A stretch of DNA of 64,000 nt from Phoronis australis (lineage: Eukaryota; Animalia; Phoronida), in contig NMRA01000542.1 in the NCBI GenBank assembly GCA_002633005.1, positions 1 through 64,000 of the forward strand, in the 5' to 3' direction. The notes beneath the pieces were generated by a model. The model was not told where the DNA came from and did not search any database. It worked only from the letters and a program-made list of their open reading frames with translations. Made by a program: the position numbers and the translations under genes. Shown here one piece after another: positions 1-14,200 of this stretch. Position 1 is the stretch's first letter. The number at the start of each line of letters is the position of its first letter.

Positions 1-330
1 AATGTGAAGTTAGCCCTTTCCAGTTAATTGAATTAGCTTAGTCATTGTTACTGACACATTGCCTATAGACGTTGCTTTTGTCTGAGGTGTGACGTTTTCT
101 CAATCTGTCACAGAGGTATCTCTGTGTTAGTCTCATATGGATTTCCTTACAATTATCACATTTAACCTTATAAACAACACTGCTATTGTTTAACAAAGGG
201 ATAAGTGTTGACTGTTGTTGTTGCACTCATTTCACTTCATGGATGTATTATGTTGACACTTGATGTCTGATTGTCTGTATCCTAATGATGTCTAATGAAT
301 AGACGAAACGCCGAATTAATATGAACTTTT
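1..330. mobile_element. Penelope-like element relic: GIY-YIG remnant (-) plus hammerhead-like 3' end (+)
   Basis: The minus-strand translation SSVVYKVKCDNCKE..TQRYLCDRL..H resembles the PLE GIY-YIG motif (VVY..C..C...YIG.T.R.L..R..EH). At 282-312 on the plus strand is CTAATGA, a GTCTA/TAGAC stem, then GAAAC. Confidence 0.7.
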
Positions 331-3300
331 TCCGGCATTTATGATACGATTGTCCATTTTTTATTCTTACGTAACGAGCAATGAAACTGTCAGAATTGAT
401 CAGTAGCAGAATCACGTTTTGTGAATGAAATGTTTGCAAAATGCTGTTGACCAATTGATCAAGCTCTTTGAAAAAAATGGCATCTGCTGATCACTGCGCC
501 AAGTTTGAAGGAGCACGAATGGAACGTGAGCATAGCAAAGGCTTATAAAAAGCATACATGACTTTCCTTCACAGATCTCGTAAAATCTGGGCAGAAAAAT
601 CTATTGTCAAGTGAGAGGCTTTAGCAATGTTTAAAGACAGGCTAAAATGAGCCAACTGCCTTTTACATGTACTTTTGTGCAACATATCTTTGTTTCGTTT
701 TATTCCACACAACCACTAACTAATTACTTCACATTTTATGCCACCATAATTATGTGCCTCCATCGGAAACCCCTTTTATCTTCTCGACGAGTCACAGTAG
801 ACTGGTCTATTGACATCATCGTTGTGAGCAACACATTATTGCACTGACCACAGCCTGAATAGCCGATCGACTGCCGGGACAGTAGTTTGCTCAAGGAATG
901 TCACCAATAAAAAACATCGCGACGTTAGGCAATGTCGATTGATAATGCAATTATTAAGCAAAACAATCGTGTCAGGTAAAGCACCCTTCAAACCGAACAG
1001 CAGCGTAGATCTCGGATAGGATGCTATCAATTCACTCACGACCCACAACGAACCAATTTTCGAAGTATTTACACCCATGTAAAATGGCATATAATAGCTA
1101 AGTTTCGTACTAAACCTGACAATGACAAGCTTACCGACCTCTGTGGTGGAAAAAATATTTATTTTTCACACAAAATGCCTTGATTATCCACTAACAATAT
1201 CCCCGACAATAAACCACTGCGGCATTGGTCGGTACCATTTTATACGATCGTGACTCAGAAATTAAAGTTGTCAATTAACAGTGTGTGAATGAATGTCTCA
1301 TTTTTAAAGCAAAAACATTATTACGTGAAGATGAAGAATGCATGTGACCATTAGATAGCGCTGATTCAACTTTAGCCTTGCGACATATTCTTTGAAATCA
1401 ACATCGCGAAAGGGTGTACTTACAAACCCCGAATGTGAACGGTGGGCAGTACGGCTTTCGGTACACTTTGGAGGCACCCACTGAAAAACGTGTGCAATCA
1501 GCATGTTGATGTCGATGAGTTGTGCTGTGAAGGGGACGACGTATTTCCCAGTCTTCAAAGTATAAAATACCTTGTGCAATTGGTCTTTCATATCAAACGA
1601 TAGCTTAAATATGACAACCTATTCGTAGCGCTAACTTTGTCCATTTTATTCAACATTTTGTTCCCGCCTCAATCATTTAGACTTTCCTGCAGGTCTCCGT
1701 AATCGACGTGCAGCTAGCTGCGTTGGCTACGGGCTAAGTTTTGTACACCTTGTATAAATTGCCTTTGTCTTCAAATGAAGAACAATGGTGAAAAAAATGA
1801 CGAATTTTGTCGTGTAAAGTCAGCAACATAATTGTTTGTTTTGTCTGACATTTTTTTTTTGGTATTTTGCCCGTACCTCAATAGCTTAGACCTTCCTGAC
1901 GGCCTGTTATTTGTGTCGATCTCAGACATTTAAAATGCAAATTGACCAATTGATCTATATTGTTGTGTTAGAATATAATCAAATTCGTACTATTCGGGTG
2001 GCAAGTTGAACATGGGTGAGTTCCGACAATTTCAACTTATAATAAAATTTGAATGCGCCGATGTCACAGTGTACGCTGTGTTCTGTGACAATTGGCTGGT
2101 TTTCCCCTTCTGTTTCACTTTACCTGGATTCCTCTGGTTCGAACATATACAGCCCTAATTCATCCAAACGTTGTTTTTTTATTTCCTTTATCTACCATTT
2201 CGTCCTACGTAACGTCCGTCCATGGCAAGGTATTATGCTTTTCTGACCCAAGTGCGAAAAGTTTCGGGTCATTCTTTTTTGTCATGTTGCACGTGAACCT
2301 TTGGCTACGTAAGATGTGTAACGCTGACTTACTCCACGACATAATCCCGTAATTATCACCGAGCGACTATAAACAGATTAGTTCTCTTGTACACACATTC
2401 CGCTAGGATGTCACCGTGGGTCTGACAAATCTCAATTCATTGCCAACCTGTCCCCAAATCCCCAAATGCACGCAGGGACCCTGTACTTTAATTGCTTCGT
2501 TGGACCCCATGTTTGGAGTTGGACTGAGTAAGTGGTCCCCACCGAGAACGCGCTACTGACTTCGGCAACACTAGACTATCGAGGCACAGTGACTTGTAGG
2601 ATATTACATACACGTGGAAGTGTCGAGATAAGAGTTGTATTTGAGCTTTGTTGTCTCTAACAGATGTAATTTTGAAAATCTATGATTTGAAATATGCACA
2701 TGTCACTGTAAGGTAAGTTTCCTGTAGCAACAGACTGTACGGTACGTCTTGGCTCACAACAATGTCAGTTGCATCGATTAAAATGAGCGCCACCTAAATT
2801 TTTTTTTTCACTAAATGGGGTTCCTGATGGGGTCATACGATAGTAATTGGCGTAATTAGCTAATGTCAGGAGTAAAGGGAGGGATGATATGTTTGTGTCG
2901 ATCAATGAAACATATTATATTTAACATGTTCAAAAATCATTTGGCCATTATATGGGGTCTTTAAGCATCAAGTTGAACAGCCCTTCTGTGGCAGAGCATG
3001 GTTTTGCTCAGTGCAGTTCAAATTTATAAGTAGAAAAAGAATCAAGTATTTTGTCCCAAGTAAGTGTGACAATAAAAGCCTAACCTGAATTTTAATAAAA
3101 ATTCTTTATTTTAGCATATTTCATTGGTCATGAGCTCAACAAATTTAACTGCACATAATCCCTAAATTTTCTCACCGTGATACATCAGTGTCCCTATTGT
3201 GGAAACCATGTCTCATATTATTTTCTAAATCTTACAAAATATTGTTTTCTCTTGGAAATTTCCCAGAGCAATCACTGTACCAGAAACTTTTATAATTCTT

Positions 3301-4477
3301 GCACAAGCGGCAGTGATAATGCAATTATGGGTCCTCATGTAATTACTAACGAGCAACAGAGATAATTACAGCCTTAGTGCTCTAATTTGTTCGCTAACAA
3401 TCCAGGTAGTGATAATCAGTTTAAGTAATAGAATTTAGCACAAGCATGTAACATCCTCTGACCTTTCACTTTACAGGTAGCAGTATTATTGTTGAACACA
3501 AAATCATTTACTTGATGATACAAGTTAATGCATGGTAGACCATGAAGTTAGAACTTGGCATTTTATTTCCAACAATGTATCCCCACTTAGAATACCATCA
3601 TGGATTAGCTGCTAACCAATTTTCTGAAGGAGGTAACTGAGATACCAGAGTTTGAACGACTTGCTCAGGCAGTCCAGTGCCTTCACTTCGTTTAGACTCC
3701 CATACTTTGTAAAATAGTTGCTTGTAAAATTATGATGGAAGTTTGTGGTGTCGGTGATTACTTTTACAGGAACTTTATGTGCAACTCCTCCTGATTTTAC
3801 TGGAATTCTTCCACAAGTCCCATTCTGCTCATAGTGGCTGCAAGAATTTTTTCATCAGACAATTTGACTTTGTCGTAAGACGTTTTGCACCGCACATTCT
3901 AGTGTGGTATCATTATGTGTTTCTACTGTAATGGTCTGGGATAATTTTCTTGCTAATGAACACTTTGTTAATAACTGACCCTTTTAACCCAAAAAGGGAA
4001 GACAAGCATGCTTTGTTATAATGTTCCTGGAATGCCTGGAGATGAAAACATTAGGGACATCCCGTCTAGTACTGCCATTAATATGGACTTCAACAACATT
4101 GTGCTGTAACTTTAGGTTTTTGAAACTTATTTTAAGAGCTTTTGGCTCTACATTACGCTTCATTCCCCTATTTCAGTTTGTGGACATGTCAGTGCAGCTA
4201 GCACCTAATCAGTTGGAGGTGATGTCGGTTTTATTATGACCTAACAAGTTTGGGCAAAGGTTCCCCTATACCCGAGTTACTGCGTGGGTACGCAGGCCAA
4301 ATGGGCATTTCATAGATGTTGACCTAACAAAAACTGGGCAGGGATTCCCCCTATCCCCGGGATATGGCGGGGATACACCAGCCACGTGGGCATTTTGATG
4401 AGCATGACATTTGCGTCCAAAAACGTTAAACAAAACTTGTGGCTAGCAAAATAAAGTTAAGTCCTGCAGAGCAGGTA

Positions 4478-6215
4478 AAACAAGAGCAACGCTGAGCGTT
4501 GAAATGTGCCCACGAATGCATCGCAAATGGTGTGCTTTTAGGGTTATTTATTTGTATCATAAAAATGGCCACTAGAAGGCGCAAAAACGTACAATCCATC
4601 CAAAAACGGGAACATGCCATATTTCATAAAAATCTGTCAAGGAACTTCAGAGAAACAAAGGAAAACAGAACAAAATGAAACTGGCACTTGTGGGCACAGT
4701 GTCTGTTCCATCCGCCTCAAAGTCGTCGTCTGTTATCTTCATATAAATTCACATACTAAATTTAATAAAGATAGTACAGTGGGTTTTGGAGATACAGCTA
4801 TGAGTGTTAAACAAAACAAAACTAGCATTAGGAGGTACCACAGTAGTCAGTCGCCATGACCAAATGTCCTATTCATACAGAAAACATATATGACAATTTT
4901 CAATCGAGGGGTGGAGTCCAAAAACAATATTTGAAAACAGAAAAAATGGCCATCACGTGGCATAAAATACCTCAATTCCATCCAAAAACAGGACGATAGC
5001 ATCATCTCACCAATAGATGCCTATATTCAAAATTTTATGAAAATCTGTTGAGGACCTTGAAGATACAGACTGGTAAATATAAAAAACTAAAATTGCCACT
5101 AGAGGGACACCGCTTCTCAGATCCATCTGAAAGTCGTCGTCATCCATTGTCAACATCATATAAATACACTTACTAAATTAAGTAAAGATCCTGCAAACGG
5201 TTTAATGGATACAGCCATGAGTGCAAAAAAACAAAACTGCTACTAGGAGGTGCCACAGTATTCAAACTCCTCGGAAAGTCATCAGCAGCCATCCACTTCA
5301 TAGTAAAAATATACATGCAAATTTTCACATTTATCCTGAAAGCGGTTTGGTTGATGGACGAGTGGACGCCAAAAAATAAGACTCGAAAACAGTAAAAATG
5401 GCCACTAGGTGGCGCAAACTACGTTGAATCCATCTGAAAATGGAGAGATAGCGTCTTCTCGTTAACAGATGCCTATATGACAAATTTTATGAAAATACCT
5501 CGAGGACCTTTGAACAAACAGACTGGTAAACGTAAAACAATAAAATTGCCACTAGGTGGCAGACCAGTAGCCAGATCCATCTGAAAGTCGTCGGCCTCCA
5601 TTGTTAACCTCATATAATTAAATTAATACACTTACTAAATTTAGTAAAGATCCTGCGAATGGTTTAGGGGATACAGCCATAGGCACAAAAAAAACTGCCA
5701 CTAGGAAGCGCCACAGCAGACGAACTCGTCGGAAATACATTGTCAGCCATCCACTTCACAGTAAGAACATAGTTACATGCCAATTTTGACAATCATCCCT
5801 TTGAGCGGTTTGGCTGATAGAGAGGAGGATGCAAAAAAACAGACTCAAAAACAGTAAAAATGGCCACTAGATGGCGCAAACTATGTCAAATCCATCTGAA
5901 AACGGGAGGATAGCGTCATCTCTTTAATAGGTGCCTAATACCAAATTTTATGAAAATCCATTCAGGACTTTTGAAGATACAGACTGAGGTAAACGTAAAA
6001 AACTAAAATTGCCACTAGGGGACACACCGGTAATCGGATCTGTCCGAAAGTTTGCTCATGCTGTCCCATCCACGGAAGGAACACATGTGCACAATTTCAT
6101 GAACATATGTCAAGGTCTTTTGGAGATAGAGCAGTGGATGCCGGTCGGATGGACGCCGGATGAACGGATGGAGATGACGGTATAATGCGTCCACATATAA
6201 CATGTGGGCGCATAA
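4478..6215 (+). mobile_element. Helentron-like non-autonomous element (HINE-like), family A, full length
   Basis: Begins AACAAG with a hairpin (CAACGCTGAGCGTTG) and subTIR ATGTGCCCAC, followed by internal ~155-bp tandem subunits and a GGAC-type microsatellite. The terminus ATGCGTCCACAT..ATGTGGGCGCATAA is inverted to the subTIR. Confidence 0.75.
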
Positions 6216-6715
6216 GAAAATCCCATTAATTAACAGACTGACATTTACTTTATACCTTGCTTTCTTTCAGACACGTCCCAGTCTCTCAATAACTTCTTAC
6301 ACTAGCGACATTTAGCAAGCTCAGACTAGGTATGCAATGTGACATATTTTGATTTAAAAATAGATAACACACACTTTCTTCCTGGCGTCGTCTGTGCCTT
6401 TTACTCATTGAAAAGAAAACCTGTCAATGTCAAGTCTCACACAATATTTGACATGACAAATTATGCGCTGCAAATTGGTAAAGTTAGTAATGAATTAGGA
6501 GATTCACGTAATTTGAAAATAACTATTCTTTCACCTTGAGTTCAAATTACATGTTTGAGACAGCTCAACTTAGTCAGGTTTTATCCCTTGGGTAATTAAT
6601 GCTGTCGGACCAGCTCACACCACGTCGCCTGTGTAAAAAGTTATTGAGAGAGTCACACTTATTGCCGAAATAGTCTTCTAGTCGTTGTTGACATTGTCAC
6701 TAGCAGACAGCAAGC

Positions 6716-6803
6716 TGCAACACCTAAATGAGATATTGCTATAAAGGCAGCACCTACATGAGATATTGCTATAAAGGCAGCACCTACACAAGATCTCGCT
6801 ATG
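6716..6803. repeat. 33-bp tandem repeat, ~2.7 copies
   Basis: GCAGCACCTACATGAGATATTGCTATAAAGGCA-type unit repeated. Confidence 0.8.
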
Positions 6804-8138
6804 AAGCAAGAAATCCCCATTACCAAGACCGCTGACTCCCTTTACACAGTTGAACATTTTGTGGTAAAAGAGTGATTTTAGGGGGAGTGACGGACATGAA
6901 ATGGAACATTCGCTTGCTATTTTTAGGACTCGAATGTCATTTGCGGCGGGACTTGATTCAAGTCGACTGTGATTTGACACTTGAGTAGGTTTCCCAAAAT
7001 TAATTTTCATAGTCAAGTTGCGAAAGCCTTAGTTCGCAAAGTTGGCGAACGGACTTAACTCTTCCATCGCCAGTGCTGCTCAGAATTCGCCAATAGCGAG
7101 CTGGCAAGCGGGTAGCACAAGCCTAGCTTTTCTAGTTGACAAAGCTTAGTTTTTTAATATACGAGTTAGAATGGAGGCCACTAAATAAGGTTTGAGATAA
7201 CCTTAAACCATGTTGCATAATTCGTGTGATTTACCTTAACAGCTCAACAGAACCTTTCAGACAATTTTGCAACCAAATTCAGTATAGTCTTGAGTCAAAG
7301 GGAGGGGTAGTTCTTCTATTATAAGTCTCATATTTCCTTCAGTGTATACAAATCTTCTCTAAGATAATAACTTGGATGAGTAACACAAAGGGACAGTTGA
7401 TCTATCTTTGGGCATAATAATGAAAGTGTCGCCCACAATTATTTTCGTAATTGCGACCAAGACTTCAATTGCGTCTTACAACCATAACCATTATATCCAA
7501 TTAGAAAATGGTCTGTATGTCACGAGAACTCTGAAGCAATTACACGCCCGTAATTTTATGCTCGTTTTTTGCTCGTAATTTAACATTCATAATTTTACGT
7601 TTGTATTTTTCACTTGTATTTTATGCTCGTAATTTTACACTCGTATTTTGCACATGTTATGAAGTGTTCAGAAGGTAAAACTTCAACCACAAAGTATATA
7701 AGTGCAAAGGATTGAAAAATATCGAAATCAAAGACTGTCAGACTTTATTTTACTTACTGCCCTAGCCATTTCCACAAAGCCTACACGATATTCTGCAAAA
7801 TTTGTTGCAAACATGATGAGTGTACACAGAACAAACAAGATTAGCGTACTAGATAACACGTACATTATTTCAGTTTTCAACTGTACAAGACCACGCTAAT
7901 AAAATAGCATGTGAAACGGCGGACATAACAAAAGTTATTGATTCAGACACGGCATTTACGTAAAACACACAAAAGACGCTAATTATTCATCAAGAACCTA
8001 TTATAAGCTCAAAATTAACCAAGCTCTGCGAAAGCATCATACCTGATGTGTCAAAAACACTTCATAAAAGATAAATAACGTTATATGAACATCAAGAAAA
8101 ATAAAAGTCAGAGCAAAATAATGAAAACTTTTACTTAC

Positions 8139-8273
8139 CCCAAAGCTCATAAGAAACCATCGGTGATCAGAGCCAGAGAGCATACACCTATAGTCATACA
8201 CACTTTTTATGGACTCCAGGGTAGCAGGTAGAAAACGTGTAGGCATGTGGTTGAAATAGGAACAGTCTTCCTT
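8139..8273 (-). CDS. CMTR1: CMTR1 exon 15 (start of the guanylyltransferase-like domain)
   Basis: Encodes [45 protein letters not shown]. Acceptor gttttag, donor GTAAGT. Confidence 0.93.
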
Positions 8274-11200
8274 CTAAAACGTAGCAGATGAAATTTACTC
8301 GAGGAGACTGGCAATAACTAAATGTTAAGTTAACAACCACCATTTGACTTTAATATTAGTTTCATAAAACTTCAATCTATTAACCACAGCTCAAACTGTA
8401 CTTAGTATGCGTTCACAACTGAATAACTAGCGACATGTAGTCAATATGGAAAAAAATGTTACAATCAATTTAGTTTCGTGGCTTAAGACTACAATTTTCA
8501 GTAAATTCAATTGCCACAAGATTTTGGTGCAATTTTTCAACAATTGATTTGTACCTGTAATACAAATGTATCGCATCCAACAGCCAAAGTCATTTAGAAT
8601 ATTTGTATCACTACAATCACATTTGTTGTCTAAAAATTTACCATACATGTTTACACCACCTCTCCTCCATCCGTAACAATGAACATAATGTTAATTAATG
8701 ACATCACCGCAACAGTACTAACTATTATATGTACGGGCTTTTCAGTTAACTCGAAAGCAACTTGAGCATAAACAGAGAAATAACCGCGCAGTTGTCACTC
8801 ATTAATAGTATAAATTTGTGATCAAGTGTTATCTTGCCACTTACATGCTATTTTAAAAAAAACATTTGTTGTCGAATCCATGGAGTACAATACAAAAGTC
8901 AACTTGCTTTCTCATCCTGGCTCTCTAAGTGCCGAGATAATGGGGTTGAAAATTATGTGACGTCAATGAATTCCCTTTAAGAAACAGCAGAGCCTATCCC
9001 AAGCCAATTTTAGAAGAGTTCAATAGGGAACTGTGACTTTTATTTACTTTCATATTCTGACAAGAAATCCATGACTTATTTTTTTTGGTCGATCCTATTA
9101 AACCACATGCGAAACATTCAAACAAGGATCGATGCACAATCTATCAAATCAAATAAGCCACTGAGTTAACAACTATTAAGTGACCCATAACGGGAAGAAA
9201 GCCACATAATCATGGGCCACAGAAACACAAGGAAAGTAAAAAGGCAAAGTGCAAACTTGAGTTAAAAATGCTCAGAATTTGATGCTGAAATGAGCAAATA
9301 CAGGTTAGAAACACTCTACAAGCGGGAGTGATGCTAGTCAACAGGTAATGGAAACACTTGAGGGAAGTACAGAATAAGCTGACGTGTGAATTTGTTAAAA
9401 GTGCTTGAAATTTGATTGATTTCAAACTAAATGTTACAAGTGGGTAGTGATCCACTTAACAGGTGGACGTGTGAACCCAGGAAAACACCGGAACGTTTTT
9501 GAGTAAGCTTATGTCCATGGTGGTCACACTTAAAAAATGATCATGTGATGAAGACAGAAATAAAGTTTTGTGTACCTTAATAAAAATTATAACAACTTAA
9601 AAACATTAGCAATAAGTTACACAAGAGAACCATGCACTTTACAAAGGATGAGAAAAATACCAAGACTTGGATTATAATTTGGCCAGAGAAATACAAATAC
9701 ATAGGTTTATACTGGAGTCAGCTCAGCTAGTCCTGCATTGCACGACTGACCTATCTTTCAGAAAGTCAGGGACGCCCAATTAAGGAAGAGCAACACATTG
9801 CATTGACCTTTTTTACAATTTCTTATCGTCAGAAACTCAAAACACAACAGTACAGGTCTGTTTTCATGGATTACAGAGATGAATTACATAAAACCATATT
9901 CGCCTTAATAGGCACCCACGGCGCTTAGAAAAATTCGCTTCGTGGGAGGCGCTTATTATAGCCTAAGGTAGTTGAAACCCGGTCTCCGAAACAGGTAAAG
10001 TTGAAAGCTATTATTCATCAAATTCATGCTCTGTGACGCATCTGTAACCTACGACAGACTTTCTACAACATTGTGGTGCATTGCTTTCAAAGTTCCTAGT
10101 GAAATTTCAATAATTTTTTAGAAAATCGTACTGACGTGTCGCTGCCTTGCGATTGCTGATAGATCAACTTGAATTATTGAATAAAAATACAGTTTTGACT
10201 CAACAAATTACTTGAACTGCCCCTTAAGTTTTCAAAATAGCGCCCTTAAGATTTTTAAGTTCTTATAGAGTCGGGATTAACTGCATATTAAGTCCAAATC
10301 TGCACTATCTAGATCGTACGCCCCGCAACATGAGTAAAATCTCTGGACGAACACACGTTGTTGTCACATGATGTTTGTTTTGAAGTTCGTCTGCATGTGT
10401 GTGAGTGAGCGAGCGCAAGTGTCATCAGAGTTCATTTGCCAGTCGGAGAGTAAAGACAACGTAAAAATCAAAATGTAGGTATGCATTGTTACTGAAGAAA
10501 TTGACACAAACAGTAAAAGCAGAACGTGTTTTATTTAGCACTTGTTGATCTCATCAGCCAAAAAACATTCGAGAATTGCCTCGGTGAGGCTGATATTAAA
10601 TGTCATTGAGTCGCTGGGTGACTGAATGCGTGACAGTCTAAAAGTACTGTACGGTTATTTTCAGAGAGATTCGGGAGGGTGTAAGGGTGGGGGAATTTTG
10701 ACTTCAAAAACACCTCCCTAAAATAACGCAAACGTTTTTACGGTATTAGAAACTTTCGGAAATTAGTGCCAATATTTATTTCCTGCCAATGCTATGCTAC
10801 CCTTTTCATGAATAGATAGTTCAAGATGATTAATATTTTCGATGACAGGTACTTGTATGTAGCGCGCGCTTCCTGGCCACATGCTTTTAACAAAGGTCAC
10901 GTTTCTATTAGGCTTCGATTCATGGTTTAAACGTGTACAAAGAAATTTGGATTCCTGTTGAGGGAGAAGATCTGTACCAGAAAGATAACAATACAATCCC
11001 CTTGACAAGTACGCTGCGTCTGTTCTGAAAGTCCACACCATAATGGGACACATCCTCGCAAGGTCAGCAAAACTTTTGCGTTCTTTTTGAAGCACGACGG
11101 AAATTTGAAATGTATAGTTAAGGCTAAATACCGACATAGCGGCGTGGCTCGTGGTCTACAAATTTGGCGCACATTGATATTTTCAGGACTGTCATATCTT

Positions 11201-14200
11201 ATTGATAAATTGAAGATGTTACTGTAGAATTTTAGAACTTACTGTAAAGGCATTTTTCGCATGTACACGTTCATGGGCAAGGTGCTTATTTTAACGAAGT
11301 CTGAAAACGCGAGGGGGCACTCATGGGGGCATGGGCGTTAATTAAGGTGAATACGGTAATCAGGATTGAGATAGTACTAGATAAGTACACTATTTGCACT
11401 TGACAGATAGCTGACACGTGTTGCATTGTGGGTACGAAAGTACCTAAATGTGTTGTGCTATTTCAGCACGGGTATATTGCGGAGCTGACTGTCAGCTTTC
11501 CATGAAGACAGATTTCAAATAGCTTAAACCTCCATACAAACCTGTGTGAGTTCTTTAAACTTTACACCTGGGTCAGGCTTGGAGGGGGCTGTTCTTACTT
11601 CATCTGGGACCTAGAATACAAGAGACGACAAGTTTTGCAGGTCTAAAGCCTGAGGGAGTTACTAGACTCGAAATCTATCTACGTTTCTTCCAAAAACTTA
11701 AGGGAGAATAAAATGCGGATTATCTGGCTATTATTTAACTGAAAACAATTTACTAAAATCAAATCAGATTTATTAAAATGCAAAACACACTTACTAGCTT
11801 AAATCAACACACATGCAACTCTATTCTTTTTTTGCTAAAAACTGACTGCTAAGAATTTCTTGACATCCAAAAACTAAAATGGTCTGTAGTAAATAGGAGA
11901 TGGCCACAATAATGGAATGTACTAAAAAATCAATAACACAGTACATTTCCTACTACATAAATCAGCCTCAAGTTTCTGCAAAATTCGTCAAAGGTTGATG
12001 GACAAGGAATTTTATAATGAAAAACAGCCAACAGGAAGTCTATGGTAGTCAAATCCATGAGAAATTTGACTGGTGGCGGCACATTCCACCATTTACCTCT
12101 GTGCTAAATTTCGTCTAAATTCATTAAGTCATTCGCCAGCATATTCATGAACAACACAGGGTGTCATAGCAGTAAAAACCCTTTGGATATCAACTGGTGA
12201 CAGTGTATTCCTACCATAAATCTATACGGTAAGTCGTCAAAACTGACTCGTGCCTGCATCTCGGTATAAAGTGTGAACAAATATTGCATTGTGGGACGTA
12301 CAGATGTATGGCTGCACATGCTATGTTCACTGGTTCACGCTTAAGCATGGTGATTGAAAAATTTGGCTACCATCATGATATCAAAGCTGAAACTCACTGG
12401 TGCTGGCATATCTTAGCCACATACCCATTTTGACAACAACCAACAGACAAGCAACATCTCGTCACAAACTGCAATGGTAAAAAAATCTGAAAATAATCTG
12501 GAGCTCGTGCATAAAGTTATTTACGTCAGTTCCTGCAAAATCTAGGAAGTTGTTTTCACGGATGAAGAAAATCCTGCGAAAAAACAAAGAAGCAAACTGA
12601 GGGTGTTACTGCTTAACTCATGGCATCTTACACTTCATCAAAAAACCGTACAAGAGCAGCAGGCATCATCAATTTTCCTATTGATAAATAAGTTCATTTT
12701 GTCTGGAACAGGACAAATACCGCACTAGCGATGACTGAAAAGCAATAAAACAGTGACTGAAATATACTTCATTATCTTATGATTAGGACAGATTATGAAG
12801 TTATGTAACTCGCATTTCAGAGCCGTAATTCATGGAAGGAGGCTATGTTTTGGCTTTCGTTCAGTGAGACAGCTACAAGTTTTTACAAAATGTCCAAGAG
12901 ACGCTCGAAATTCTGATGGATATTCTGATGCAAAGAAATCAATAGTCTAATCATGTTACAACATATCTTGTTTAGGAACAACAATTTTTGGTGTTAAATT
13001 ACAAACAAGAGCAACGTAAAGCCTTTCAATGCGCCCACGCCTATATCACAAATGGTACGGGAAGGTGTCATCATCTCCCTAATAGAAACTTGCGCCCACG
13101 AATGCACCACAAACGGTACGGGCAGGTATCATTATCTCTCAAATAGAAAGCTGCTTGCTTAATTTCATGAAAATCAGGAAATCCGAAGAATAGAGACAAA
13201 ATGTAAAAATTAAGTAAAATGGTCACTAGGAGCCAAAACAGTTGCTGGTCACATGTCAACTTTATAGAAATACACTTGTTAAAGTGTACACGGACCTAGC
13301 TAGTCAGCTACCAATATGAAGACTAACATCAAAATAGGACTAGGAACCGCTTTGTATGAACATCACATAGACCTTGCGATTTCACACTGCCCAGGAAGTT
13401 CTGCTTGTCACCTCATTGTGAAACTTATATCTGATTCAACAAGTAGAGCTCACAACTGGCGGGGTGCATGTAAAATCTAGGAGTCAACCGGCACTCAACT
13501 TGCCCATTACAGTCGTTTAAGAGAAAAACAATCTCACAAAATGTTATTTTCTTGTTTTACTGTACGACTTTTGTCACAAAGAAAAGTGTGTGACTGTGTT
13601 AAAAACAGTATGCTTGTGAGGTGAACATGAACAAGCTGTAGTTTATTATGCAAATAACACACTGCTACTATTGTGAGGTGAGCATGAACGAGCTGTAGTT
13701 TATTATGCAAATAACACACTGCTACTATTGTGAGGTGAACATGAATGAGCTGTAGTTTATTATGCAAATAACACACTGCTACTATTGTGAGGTGAACATG
13801 AACGAGCTGTAGTTTATTATGCAAATAACACACTGCTACTATTGTGAGGTGAACATGAACGAGCTGTAGTTTATTATGCAAATNNNNNNNNNNNNNNNNN
13901 NNNNNNNNNNNNNNNNNNNNNNNNNNNNNNNNNNNNNNNNNNNNNNNNNNNNNNNNNNNNNNNNNNNNNNNNNNNNNNNNNNNNNNNNNNNNNNNNNNNN
14001 NNNNNNNNNNNNNNNNNNNNNNNNNNNNNNNNNNNNNNNNNNNNNNNNNNNNNNNNNNNNNNNNNNNNNNNNNNNNNNNNNNNNNNNNNNNNNNNNNNNN
14101 NNNNNNNNNNNNNNNNNNNNNNNNNNNNNNNNNNNNNNNNNNNNNNNNNNNNNNNNNNNNNNNNNNNNNNNNNNNNNNNNNNNNNNNNNNNNNNNNNNNN

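Noticed and set aside
4238-4396. Two diverged ~82-bp GC-rich units
   Set aside because: Probably a repeat fragment, with no recognisable RNA gene or promoter boxes.
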